Positions 1 through 12,754 of a DNA stretch of 64,000 nt are shown here, piece by piece (position 1 is the first letter of the stretch; each line of letters starts with the position of its first letter). The notes under the pieces were generated by a model. The model was not told the origin of the DNA. It worked only from the letters and a program-made list of their open reading frames with translations, and did no database searches. The DNA lies in the NCBI GenBank assembly GCA_951406725.2, contig OX597828.1, forward strand, positions 3,410,001 through 3,474,000. The letters run 5' to 3'. Position numbers and translations under genes: made by a program. The stretch is from Octopus vulgaris (Eukaryota).

Positions 1-169
1 TACATATATACATATATTGTTTATCTTGTTTCAGTCATTAGACAGCAGCCATGCCGAATTTAGTCGAACGCATCTGCCCCACCACATATTTTGTTTAAGC
101 TTGATACTTATTCTATCGGTTCTTTTGTCGAATTATAAATACATACATATACAAATCTGTTATTGATAT

Positions 170-1105
170 CATATGAAGCACGTATTGTGACACTGGAGCA
201 TCTCCTCCAGGGGAAATAGATAAGTAATTATCTTGCCCAGGTTTGTGACCATGAAATTAACAACATACTTATTATAGTTAATGAACTTGAAGAGCGGTAT
301 CAAATAAAAGCGGATAAAAAGCATCAGCAAAATCTATTTATCACAGTACCAGTTCAAGTAAACAAAACCATAGAAGGGATTGATTATGTCAAAGCTTGGT
401 AAAGTGTACCGATAAGTTTATGACATTCCATTTGGAAAGATGTTTCCATGCAATTCAAGAACGAGATCCACTAAGTACCAGCAAAAAGGTAGAAAATATT
501 GACAGACAGGAAATGAAGATACCAACCAAATTATTGTCAACTGTGAGAGGACATTTTCCATATATTATCTTCCCATGAGGCATGATGAGGTAACCAGGAC
601 AGGAAGGTGATAACGGAAAGGGAATACCTAAAGACGAAGTCAAATATATTGAGACCGATGGGTCAAGAGAATATTGGTGGAAATTGAAAATTAAAACAGT
701 CGCCAAGTCAAAACACAACCGACTATATATTGTGTGAATGACAAGGAAAAAGAGTTATGTTCTGTTGTGGAAGTCAGCTGCCCTCTGAACACGAATGTAG
801 TTACTAGATTACAAGAGAAAGAGGACATCAATGGACAATTGAAAGAGAGTTTGCAAATCCAGTACCCAAGATACACTGCAAGCTTCATAACTGCTATTAT
901 TGCAGCAAAAAGATACATACAAACCCATGTTGAGCAAAGATTAGCTGAACTTGGGTTCTTGGGGAGAGAGCGCAAATCCTACAAATAATCATGATATCAA
1001 TGACAATAGAAAAAAACAGCAAGACCTTCTTAAGTTTTAAAGAATAATGGACGAACCAAGATGCTTTCATTTATAACCTTACTATCAAGCAGCTGGGTGG
1101 TCAAA
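170..1105 (+). mobile_element. Decayed 3' fragment of an RLE-type non-LTR retrotransposon (R4/Dong/NeSL-like), restriction-like endonuclease domain
   Basis: Frameshifted translation gives EDIFHI..YYLPMRHDEV..EYWWKLKIKT..KHN.., then ORF 734-988 (ELCSVVEVSCPLNTNV..QEKEDINGQL..LQIQYPRY..LAELGF). This matches the RHD / PD..(D/E)xxxP..EK pattern of RLE domains; there are multiple stops. Confidence 0.75.
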
Positions 1106-1169
1106 ATTTATTCCAAATTAAAAGAGCACACCCCATTCACATATATGTATATATATATATACGAAAAGT

Positions 1170-1332
1170 GACAAGCTTCTTTCAATTTTCGTTTACCAAA
1201 TACACTCACAAGTTTTGGGTCGGCCTGAGGCAATAGTAGTAGATATTTTCCCACAATGCCATGCAGTGGGACTGAATGCGAAACACTACGCTTGCACAAG
1301 CAACTTCTTATCATACAGTCATACCTGCGCAT
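1170..1332 (-). mobile_element. SINE family A, degenerate 5' portion (tRNA-like head)
   Basis: Reverse complement is homologous to the 5' part of the full copy at 57428-57850 (gccatgcagtgggactgaa..acagtcatacctgcgc). Confidence 0.75.
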
Positions 1333-1720
1333 CTATATATATACATATGATTTTGTGTGCAGTTATGTCGTTGAATGTATATTGACGCAAAAGATACAGA
1401 CACATATACATACCTAGATACATACATATGCAAAAATGCACACCCACCAACATGCGCACACACATATATCCAAGCACGACAGACTTCTGCATAGTTTTCG
1501 ATTTTCAGATTCCACTCTTAAGGAAATTGGTTAACCTAAAGTTATAGTAAAAATCACATCACTATCCAAATCACTATTTCAAAGAGGCTTGAAATCGAAA
1601 CGAACAAATTGAGAAGCAACTTGTTTAACCATTTTCACGTTAAATAATGCAATGTTCTGTGTATGATAGAATACGTAGAATTTAGTGGAATGAAATGCAA
1701 AGCGGTATCGATACAATTGA

Positions 1721-2135
1721 GGCGGCGAGCTGGCAGAATCGTTAGCACGCCGGGCGAAATGCTTGGCGGTATTTCCTCTGCCGCTACGTTCTGAGTTCAA
1801 ATTCCGCCGAGGTCGACGTTGCCTTTTATCCTTTCGGGATCGATAAATTAAGTACCAGTTATGCACTGGAGTCGATATAATCGACTTAATCGCTTTGTCT
1901 GTCCTTGTTTGTCCCCTCTATGTTTAGCCCCTTATGGGTAGTAAAGAAATAGGTATTTCGTCTGCCGCTACGTTCTGAGTTCAAATTCCGCCGAGGTCGG
2001 CTTTGCCTTTCATCCTTTCGTGGTCGATAAATTAAGTACCAGTTATGCACTGGGGTCGATGTAATCGACTTAATCGCTTTGTCTGTCCTTGTTTGTCTCC
2101 TCTATGTTTAGCCCCTTGTGGGTAGTAAAGAAATA
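1721..2135 (+). mobile_element. SINE family B (tRNA-derived, Nin-domain-like): full copy plus partial tandem second copy, 14-bp TSD
   Basis: Head ggcggcgagctggcagaatcg, B-box gagttcaaattcc, central gcctttcatcctttcgnggtcgataaattaagtacc. TSD ggtatcgatacaat at 1704-1717 and 2136-2149. Confidence 0.9.
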
Positions 2136-3399
2136 GGTATCGATACAATCTGAACATTCCTTTACAATAGTAACTATTGTGAGATGTATTGTGGTGCTCA
2201 ATTGTTTCTACCAACACAGTCGCTCCATATTATTATTATTAAATAATGATAGCTACAAAATATAGGCTACATTTGTATATGATGAATTACATTGTATATG
2301 ACCATGCCTTTCTTGAGGGTATTAATGCAAAGATGTTCTGCATTGGTTGGAAACTGTTACAAGAGACTAAAGAATTTAACCACGTATATGAATTATTTAA
2401 ATAATTTAAATAATTATTATTCATCGTTGAAAATATTTTAGCTTTCTTAAGGGATAAGTGATTTAGGAAAACATGAATGGTAAAGATACCCATTTCTTTA
2501 TCAAATAAAGTATGAAAGTAACTCATGTACTAAAATGAAATACCCCAGCATCCGAGATCCATCCCAATTTTGAGCTTCTCATTCGTTAAAATGATCCTTT
2601 CCACTGCAAAAGATGTATGACACATGCTTTCATTGCCTTATACTCACCATGTTCAATTTTTATTCTTGTGTAAGAAATAACATTATATAGAAAGGTCCTC
2701 ATAAACTAGTACTTAATATACTGGTAGTAAATACAGGATTTTAAAGTTTCAGTGTTGAGAGTTTTAACAACAGTTAGAATATTTTTACAGTTTTATTTAG
2801 TCATCGATATTTCCTCGCTAATACTTGTAGAGATGTTGCACGGCAGGATTATTGTGGTAATAAAATTCACCAGTCAGTTTGCTTTGAAAATCTCTTGAGA
2901 TGAGTTTGAAGTGATCTTGCTTACAGAATCGGATTACATAATTTTTACTACGCTGTTCGATTTCTTAGGATTCGATGTTTAAATACGGACAAATATGCTT
3001 AGCCTTTCATCCCTCTGGCATAGATTAAATTAATGCGCTCTGTTCAGACTGATCCACTATTCCCCGTTCCATTATAAAATGACCTTATGTATTTTAATGG
3101 GAAGAAAATCATTAGAGAGAATGAAAACTTAGTTGTTCGTCACTCCCTCTTAACATTGTATGCCATTCATGAGAAGCTTTGTTTTATTTCTTTACATAAA
3201 ATATTTATAAGAAGTAATTCAGTAACATAGGTATGTCGAAGTGTTTACAATCAAATTACCTGGAATCTTATTATACTTCAGGAAAACAGTAATATGAAAG
3301 AATAAATGAGGGACGCATAGAGAAATGAAGTATTTTTGACCGCAAAATATCATATCACCCAAGTGAAAATATATGAAAATCTCTGTACATCTTTGATTT

Positions 3400-3577
3400 G
3401 TTTGAATCATTAGACTGCATTGAACAATTTTTACTGGAGTGAATCGACCTCAGTACTCTTCTTTATTAAAGCATGATACTTATTCCATTAGTTTCTTTTG
3501 CTGAACTGCTAACTTACGGCCACGTAAACACAACAACACCAGTTGTAAGCAGTAGTGGAGTCAAACATGGACACAAA

Positions 3578-3580
<3 letters not shown>
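3400..3580 (-). mobile_element. SINE family A, degenerate 3' portion
   Basis: Homologous to 53270-53470 and to the reverse complement of 57650-57850. Confidence 0.65.
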
Positions 3581-3657
<77 letters not shown>

Positions 3658-3672
3658 GATATACATACATAC

Positions 3673-4041
3673 ATACTAAGTATGTCTACCTCTGGAAATA
3701 ACTGTCAAAACTTATTTAAATCGCCAAAATACACTGATAATAACTACAGAAATCAACCGTCAGAAGATAAACGGACTAAAACAATCTTCCAGCATGCATT
3801 CAAGTATTTGCACTCACGTGGATCGGTTTCTGCACTGGCATTATAGCCTCAGCTTTCTCAGCACCTGTTACCATGAGAGAGACCCCCAACCCATCCTGTT
3901 GAAGTCTGCACTGCAACTTATTCATTTTGCACCGAAGCCATTATGCTAGGAGATTGTCTTAGCCTGTTTTCCTTCAGACGGTTGATTTCTGCAGTTATTA
4001 TCAGTATATTTTGGTGATCCAGCAAATAGACATACTTAGTA
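3673..4041. mobile_element. Fold-back element made of Helitron-associated sequence
   Basis: 3673-3940 matches 47661-47930 and 48137-48285. 3953-4019 is an inverted copy of about 3720-3790, and the termini tactaagtatgtcta / tagacatacttagta are inverted. Confidence 0.65.
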
Positions 4042-4216
4042 GGTCCTTTGATTAACTTTAATCCTTCATGTATTTAATGGTTTTGTGGGGTCTTGCAATC
4101 GCCTATATTGTTGATTCTGTTATTATCATTTTTAAATTGTTACACTAGATAATAACAGAGTCAATGGTGTTTCCTTATTTTTTTCCTGAATTACTTTTTC
4201 CTCGTGAATTATTTGC

Positions 4217-4219
4217 TAC

Positions 4220-4297
<78 letters not shown>

Positions 4298-4298
4298 T
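4217..4298. repeat. (TA)n/(TG)n microsatellite, representative of dozens of such tracts across the window
   Basis: Directly visible. Confidence 0.95.
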
Positions 4299-4699
4299 TA
4301 GTGAATTAAGGATTCAGATAATACCAGGTACTTAAAAAGATATGCACCAGGTAAGATTGGATAAGCCTGTGGTTCCGGCCTATGTTTGGTAAGTATTAAA
4401 TTGGATATTCCGGTTGTGTACGCAAAGAAAACCAACCCTATGATCAATTAGCACCTATGGACTGGTCCAAAGCACGCGTTACGTTGTTGGTATACACTAG
4501 GGTGCCCGATAAGTCGTAAATCTCTTTGGTGTAGTATAATCAAATGACTAACCGACGATGGATAATTGTCAGCTCTTTACAGCTGTTTCTTATGCATTTT
4601 TAATAGAAGAATGAGAACATTACTCCATTACAAAAAACCGTAATCATCAGATGATATCCCAAGAATACAGCAAGGACGTGACTGAAGTTTGTCGAGGCA

Positions 4700-5560
4700 A
4701 ACAATGAAATGGGAGAATGACCAACAAAGTTGGCCGTTGTGGGTATTTGTGGGTGGAGTCAGGTGAAGAAAATAGTTTTTGCAAGGGTGTATTATTATAT
4801 TTAAGGTCAGCAACCCTGATGAAATAGGAGTCTGCTAGACTGGTTCTTTGGTAGCCTAGAGTGGGGTGTAGGTGATATTTTATTATAATAGGCCTCGAGA
4901 AGTGGGTAGCTGGGAAAGGACCGAAGATAAATTAATTGTCGTGTTAAGCATGATTGATTTATCTGATAAAGCGGAAAGATGTAGGTTGCTGTTTTAGATA
5001 CGAATATATTATATGGGTTAGTGGAGATTGCTTGTAATATTAGGACATGTTTGCTTGGAGAGGAAAAACACCTGGTTGTAATAGTAGAGTACTACTTATC
5101 ATAACGGAGTTCAAAGAAAAAAGGGGTTATATAATAAACTATACCTAGTACGGATTTAGAGGAAATACCAGATCGGATATGAAAGAAAGCCAGCAGTAGG
5201 AAATAGTCTAAGGATGAACAATTTGGAATGTTATATAGGTGGCGTTGGTATTAATTAATTAACAAGCGCAACACAAACAACAGTATCTTGGTATAAAGAC
5301 TACTTAGTGGAATTGGAAAAGAATAGGCTAGGGTGTGCAGGCTGCTATTTCTAGGTAAGATGTTTTTGCAATCGTTATTGCAGAATACTGGGTATACCAC
5401 AAATAGAATGGTTAATTCCTTCAATACAGCATTTCATGCAAGCATAGTAACAGTGGTAGGACGTAATGATAAAGAAGAACAAGATTAGAAGGACTCAAAA
5501 CAATTCAGCAAATCAATCGACTCTTCGGCCAACAATAGAGGGAGTAAATTAGATTGGCCC
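4700..5560 (-). mobile_element. Highly decayed CR1/L2-like LINE, region C-terminal to RT
   Basis: Minus-strand fragments SKSVLGIVYYITPFFSLN and HPTLGYQRTSLADSYFIRVADL resemble post-RT motifs (AS..LG.L.R...F, RT...SF..R...WN). Many stops. Confidence 0.4.
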
Positions 5561-5967
5561 TACGTTATAGAAGTTGTTTAATACCCTTAAAATATTTAAA
5601 GGTGCGGGTAGCCTTATGTATACAGGAAAGATGAAGAACGAGTTCATTATTTATTAGACGTTCACTATTTGGTCACTTTAAAGTTTCAAACAGCTCCATG
5701 CCACAAAGCCTGCACCCGTATCTTTTGTTTGAGTACGGTTCAGTGAACCTAATAATGTCCCAACTCAAAACAAATTTAACACCGTCGTCCTTGAGCTCTC
5801 AAATCTTCGTGGCTAGAGAAATCCTGCTTGACTTATTTCTTAATTTAATCGAAAAATAGTGGTTACATAAGTGCTCCTTGAGATTTACGGAACAACCGAT
5901 ATAAGTATAAGTATTGGTCTCCGTTACAACATTACATTTGTAAACCACATTTACTGCTAGACATCAA

Positions 5968-6036
5968 TGTCAAAACTGACCGTTGGTTTCGCCCCTATGA
6001 AGCACTTACCAGTACAGGCGACTCGTCAGACACAAA
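5968..6036 (-). ncRNA. Type I hammerhead ribozyme-like motif
   Basis: Minus strand: CUGACGA, stem II gucgccugu/auaggggc, GAAA-CC-AAC-GG-UC (stem III plus GUC site). Stem I is weak. Confidence 0.6.
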
Positions 6037-6193
6037 TGGCCGAAGGCGGAGTCGTCTATACTGCTAAGCGCTTTATAGGTGCTAACCACTAAGCCATGCG
6101 CCTTCACATAATGCTGTACACTTCGGATATATACATATATATATATGTGTGTGTGTATGTGTGTGTGTATCTGTGTGTGTGCATGTGTGTGTA

Positions 6194-6194
<1 letters not shown>

Positions 6195-6280
<86 letters not shown>
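6195..6280. repeat. (TATC)n tetranucleotide microsatellite (others near 8690, 43100, 44590, 47460, 55775)
   Basis: Directly visible. Confidence 0.95.
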
Positions 6281-7973
6281 ATGTCTAAGAGTTTTAAAGA
6301 GTAGTTAAAATTCTTAATATTAAGTTTTTGAAAATAAAACCAGTGGATGAAAAGGTGACGGGTTCGAGCATCGGATAAGAGAAAGTGTTGGATGTAATGA
6401 ACTAGCGTGTTCATGTAACATACTTCATAGAGCTTGGTGATGCTGACCGTAGATATTCTAGCATTCCTCCACTCAAGATCAATGTTGGTTCAGTTGAGAT
6501 CTTCCGCTACCTTTTCAAAATCCTTCATGCTGCAGTTCCATGACTTCGCCGTATCCTTGGCAAGGTGACTGAACAGATTCCAAACAATCAAAGGACAACC
6601 CTTAACTATGCAGGGCAATGACATCACACCGAGTGGTATTTTCAAAATACCCGCATATATGAATCATTCATCTAATATTTTGTAAATTGATGTTTTTGGC
6701 TTATAGGTAAGCTTCTTTTCTTAGGATATCTATATAGAATTTGAGGTATATTGTGAAACTCTGTGAGCGATTACAATATTCTACTAGGAGGCAAGTTTTC
6801 GTTTTCTAAAACAGTTTTACTGAACAAATTCTATCACAATGTTTGTGATAAAATACTTCAGTTTGCTAGTGAAAATATACGTTCCACGTAAAAATGTTGT
6901 AAAGAATTGTTATACTTTTTGTTTGCAAGTCTTATTAATATTTTTATGCGTGTATTCCGAAGTTATATCAATGGAACAGAATTATATTAGTGGAAGTTTG
7001 TTTCCTGTGTTTATCTTACGTTGATACAGAATACTAAAGAAAAATTCTTGACTAGATGTGACAGTAAATGGCGTATCTACCTATGAAGTCTCTATTCACT
7101 ACACATCTACACTATAGACATACTAACTCCTACTAAAATTGTCATGAACTACAAACATTTACTTTACAACCTTACTGTTTACGTCTATCTAAATTCTAAA
7201 TATTATTATATCTTTTAGTTTTGGTCTAAACTTAAGCCGAGACGTGTCTGTTGGAGTGAAACTAACGTATTTACTTATTCCTAATTATATCGAAACTAAT
7301 ATTATCTTTAAGATGTCTAAAATGTAAACCTTTGGCAAAAAAAGTATGTATATATCGGTTAAGAAATATAAAACAAAAAACCAAAGACATTATGAAAGGA
7401 TAGCTTGGCATAAATAACAGTTAAAAATACATCACGCCAAGGATTCTCCTGAAAATTAAATCAGAAGCGTCGAAAACTAAATGAAAGCGAAAGAAAGAGC
7501 TGGATAACTAAATGTAAAAATAAAGAGAAAACTGGTAAAAATAAAAGAAAAAAAAAGAAAATATACAAATAAAGAAAAGAGAAGCATAAATGAGAAGAAA
7601 AAGAAAAATCCAATCTTATGAAAAGAAATAAAATACAATAACATTAAGCGAAGATGGAATGAAACGAAAAATGGGTAAAAATAGAAAAAATAAACCAAAT
7701 TAATAAATATATAAATAAAAGAAACAATAGGGAAAAAAAAAGCAAAGTGGAGCAATAAATAAGTAAAGCTAAAAAGAAAGGTATATATAGAATAAAACGA
7801 CAAGGGAGACAATTCTGTCAATGAAACGAAATCAAGTTTATGCTTTTAATTTTTTGTCAGCCATAAAGCTTGGCTAATCTATTTTGTACTGTTTTCTTGA
7901 GTTTGTAGCCATAAATTTCGCCATACAGCCAATCTGCTATACTATAGTTTTCCATAAAAACCAAGAGGTTGAA

Positions 7974-8030
<57 letters not shown>

Positions 8031-8127
8031 GCTCTCACTATATATATATATATATATATATATAGATATGTACATACTCATGTATAATATACCTATATAC
8101 ATATATATATGTACATACACACACACA

Positions 8128-8169
<42 letters not shown>

Positions 8170-8516
8170 TACATATATATATACATATATTTCCTTACAC
8201 ATCCTATACCCACACATACACACAAGCAAACATATATACACACATATATATATACATATATATACTTACATATCCTATACACATACACACACGCGCACAC
8301 TTACATCTACACTAGAATCTTCTTTTTCACATCATAATCGTATGGTCAAAATATATTGCAAACACTGATAAAGTCGATAAATTTTGGTATGAATATATTC
8401 TTTATCTAAGAAATCGATGAATATCCTTTTATCTAAGGAATCTAAGATATATACACACATAAATTTCCCTATTTCTTTACTGTACATTACATAAACCATG
8501 ACAGTATGGATTGTAA

Positions 8517-8594
<78 letters not shown>

Positions 8595-8686
8595 GCATAC
8601 ATATGTGTATGTGCGTGTGTGTATGCGTGCGCGTAAATGTATTATATATATGTATGTATAGTGTGTGTGTGTGTATATGAATTCTG

Positions 8687-8747
<61 letters not shown>

Positions 8748-9859
8748 TAAATGCATGTAATGTGTGTGTGCCTGCGTGTGTGCGCGCGCGTGTTGTGTGT
8801 ATGTGTGTGTGTGTGTGTAGAGTGTGTGCATGGGTCGATTGAACATCTCTGAAACTGAACAATAATGTGTATAGCGGCTTTCGAAACAGTCACCATTAAG
8901 TCTTTTGGTTCACGCTTACTGTTAAAACACTTCGACTTTGTAACGTACAATTCCTGAATAGTTCCAGTTCGGCATTTATTCCCGAAAGAGTTATAACATC
9001 TCCACAGAACGGGTTGTTATAGAAAATTGAGATGAGTGCTATAAAATTATAATGTCCAAAGTATTGTAATTATATGTTTATTATAATTGTGTTGGGGAAC
9101 ACGTAAATGACTTTTCAAGATAAAACATGTTTTATAAGCTAAAACTGTGGAGAATTACTGCTTTAAGCTATACTCTCATATCAATAAGGCAATCTTGGAC
9201 ATGTATATACACATACATAACTCTACATTTTAACGGTGTATACATGGAAACTCGCTCTTATGAAAATCAGTGGTATTTCAAATTCACGTTCTAGAAATCT
9301 TATTGTTCAGACCCAAATAATCCAGATTATAAACGTCATGATCGTATATCAGTTGAATCTTTTTTATATTTTTCAATCTAGTAAATAACATGCACATATA
9401 TTTGTATATATTGTTCAAACATATTCACACAATGACGTTCGCGTGCATGTCTATAAACACACACGTACACACACACATTTATTTAATCAAAAACAAAAAA
9501 ATTAAATAAAAAAGTAACAAAAGTCCTAGGGACGTTCAAAGTTAATATTAATAGGTTGACGCTCAAAACGAAATATAAAGTTAGACAGTAAAAGTGTAAC
9601 GTTTCGGGTGCACATTCTCCGTCGGGTACACAGAAAAATGTCTGGCGAAGTGGTGAAACATAGAAGGAAAAGGTATAAGAAAGCTGGGTAACTAACTAAC
9701 ATAGTAGATGTCTGGCTAAGCAGAAGTATGATACGGCTACATCGTGATAGTAGCAATAATGAGCGATATAGCTAATACGGTAACAACGCCAGAAAATGAA
9801 GTCAGAACTGCCATATATATAACTAAATGAAGAGAAAAATCATGAAGATAAAATCAAGA

Positions 9860-10790
9860 TGCCCATTGATGAATCTCTGTATGATTACAAGAAATATTAA
9901 ATCGAAGTATGTGCAAAGGGAAACAAAGCTATGCCAAGCTATACAAATTTTGTATATAAATGTACTGTACACAAAAAGGGTGAACCGAATGTTTACACTG
10001 GGATAATGGTTGATTCATTCAAGAATCGTTATCGCAACCATATCACCAGCTTCAAGAAAACCAACAAGAGACATTCAACGTCTTTGCCCGATTGTGTGTG
10101 GTGACTTAAGTAAGATAAAATTAAGTTCGGTCCATCGTAAGGTACACAAAGCCGACTCTACCCTTAGGAATCCTTGTGTCTTCTGTAGACCAAGGTCATT
10201 GTTAGAATTTCTGAAACACCCTTAAGATGCTTACATGCCTATAAATGCACTTTCCACTATACAGTGGGAACGAATTTGAGTAGGCATAATTCCTCTTAAG
10301 GTATAAATGAATTAAATTTAGGTCTAACTTCCCCATTTTTATAAACACCAAGTAGCTATTTAATTCGCTATGAGAACGTATCTGCATATGCTTACGTCTT
10401 CGTGGATGTCTGCATAAGCGAGCGTACATGTGGTTTACAACTTACGCGAGGGCGTTTATACATCCATAGCCGTTAATTGTTACATTAAATACTTATTTTT
10501 TCTGTATTCGTTTCCGTTTTGCATCTGTTTTTTTATTATTATTGATTGTAAATGATGCTATATTCTTTAATGTGCTGCTTTTCCCTACACGAACCGAGAA
10601 AAGACCTTGCAGAACTGTCGTTATTTTAACGAGTTATATCTAATTATCACCCGAAGAGACACATCTACACCGTCGAGTGGTCCTAAAGCAGTTGTTATGT
10701 ATTCCACCCGTGAGGCATCGATTCTAGTTGGGTCGAAACAATTCTGGTGATTAATAAATATTCTCGTATCTTCCGTCTTCCGCCTCTCCC
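9860..10790 (+). mobile_element. Penelope-like element 3' fragment: GIY-YIG endonuclease pseudogene plus 3' region with degenerate HHR
   Basis: 9946-10110 translates NFVYKCTVHKKGEPNVYTGIMVDSFKNRYRNHITSFKKTNKRHSTSLPDCVW*LK (Penelope/Poseidon-type GIY-YIG). HHR-like atcac-CCGAAGA-gac...gtc-GAAAC..gtgat at 10646-10751, followed by AATAAA. Confidence 0.8.
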
Positions 10791-10795
10791 ATTAA

Positions 10796-10840
<45 letters not shown>

Positions 10841-11944
10841 TATATATATATATAATATTTGTGCGTGCGTGTGTATGTGTGTGTGTTTGTACACTCACAC
10901 GCGAAAAAAGGGATATATATGTATAAATATACAGATATACATTATATATATATATATATATATATATAGATAGATAGATAGATAGATAGATATATAGATA
11001 GATAGACAGATATATAGATAAGCGTGTGTGTGTGTGAGTATGAGTGTGTACATGTGTTCATACACACAGGCAGACACACACATACACACACACACACACA
11101 GACATATATATACTTGCGTACGCGCCTTGATATAACTTTGTGTTCCCTTTGCTTATGATTCGCTTTTATATTTCTTGATGCTTTCCATCCATCTTTTCCT
11201 TCTTTCGCCACTCTTTAATGTTCTCGCAATGCTGTTGTATCTCATTAGTGAACTCTATCATCTCAGTTTTCTTTCCTTCGCTATTAGTAGGACTTTGTGG
11301 GAGGCAAGGCGATGCTGGATACTTGTGCGGACTATCTCATACGTGATGTTGTCCATGTACGATATACTTATGGGGTTTCTTCTCAATCCCAATACTCGTT
11401 TCGTTATCTTTATCTCAGCAAAGAGAGTCCACTTCTCACTTATGTATAGAAACTGTAATGTACCAGTGCATTCAGTTTGCTTTTGCTTTTTATGGTGATG
11501 ACCATATTCCTTCATATTGGTTTAGGTTTAGTTAGTGCAGTTATTGTCCGTGCGATTTTTACAAAGACTTTTGAAGTTGATTCATAAATAACTGCCTTTG
11601 GTTATTTGAACTGCTGCGCTCTCTCTAGTTTCTGTTCTTCTACAGAGATGGTGATTGCGACTGCACAGATGAAATTTGTTACAGGATTGGATTTTCGGGC
11701 ACTAATTTCCATTCAAATTATGCATTTTGAAGAATTCAAAAATACCGCACATACCCGACTAAATTGTTGATAACTTTCAGCCTTATAACTTAAGGTGTAA
11801 GGAGGATAACCCTTTTACCTATTTTACTTTTTAATTTTTACTTTTTCGTTTTTGTACCTTCTACATTTTCTATAAGCTCCTTCTCAACTTTTCGCGTTTC
11901 TTCTTTCATTCAAATTTTTAGCTCGTTATGATATGCAATTTCTT

Positions 11945-12000
11945 TGTGCCTGATGAATATCTTTGAGGCATTTCTCAACATATGAAACCATCAATACACA
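11945..12000 (+). ncRNA. Degenerate hammerhead motif, probably in a PLE terminal repeat remnant
   Basis: tgtgc-CTGATGA-atat..ttgag/ctcaa..atat-GAAAC; stem III is decayed. Confidence 0.55.
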
Positions 12001-12088
12001 TAAAAACATATATTGTGTCTATTAAGTAGTATTTATCTTTCACTAGATGGATTACTTATTTTGTTGGTCTTACCATCACGGAAAAGTA

Positions 12089-12146
<58 letters not shown>

Positions 12147-12149
<3 letters not shown>

Positions 12150-12683
12150 TGTAGGAAGAAATGGAGCTGAACGAAGATTTAACAAAATTCCTTTTTATTA
12201 TTTTCTACATATGTTTCGAAGGCTGCAAAGTCCCTAATTCGGATTGAATTAGGACAATCTCTTCTGCTTTCACCCAGTCTGGCGTCAACGCATATAGATA
12301 GTCAGTTTGTGCTATTTATTTCATGGGCTCCTCGTGAGCGTTTGTCGAAAAGCTTGCTATGCATTTTGTTGGAGAATTAAGTTCCTGGATTTTCCTGAAG
12401 AGAAGGCTGCAAAATGGACTCCTTATTCAATCCGAATTAGGGACTTTGCAGCCTTCGAAACATATGTAGAAAATAATAAAAAGGAATTTTGTTAAATCTT
12501 CGTTCAGCTCCATTTCTTCCTACCACTTGATATAGAAAACTTCAAATGTCCATGGCACTAAGGCACGGTTTTTATGCCCCATGGTCGTAACTTGAACCGT
12601 GCTTTTTTCTGTTGTGATTTTTGCTACCCAGGTATCGGTTATCATTTGAATTATCCGTAATAAGATAATTCAGTTATCTACTT

Positions 12684-12690
<7 letters not shown>
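12147..12690 (+). mobile_element. Non-autonomous HHR element with 5' inverted arm, flanked by (TA)n
   Basis: 12147-12254 is the near-exact reverse complement of 12420-12528. It shares gaaatggag(c/t)tgaacgaagatt with 58131-58635. Confidence 0.8.
12389..12474 (+). ncRNA. Intact type I minimal hammerhead ribozyme
   Basis: Stem I attttc/gaaaat, core CTGAAGA (12395-12401), 12-bp perfect stem II gaaggctgcaaa/tttgcagccttc, GAAA, palindromic stem III acatatgt, GUA cleavage triplet, AATAAA immediately after. Confidence 0.85.

Positions 12691-12752
<62 letters not shown>

Positions 12753-12754
<2 letters not shown>

Noticed and set aside
6340-6660. Possible RT remnants (also 17050-17300 + and 27520-27900 -)
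   Set aside because: Only one or two loose motif matches each (ELGDAD, FDKV, KVDV); too weak to call without an HMM search.
7477-7821. Hydrophobic 114-aa ORF resembling a membrane protein
   Set aside because: A-rich low-complexity DNA read on the T-rich strand.
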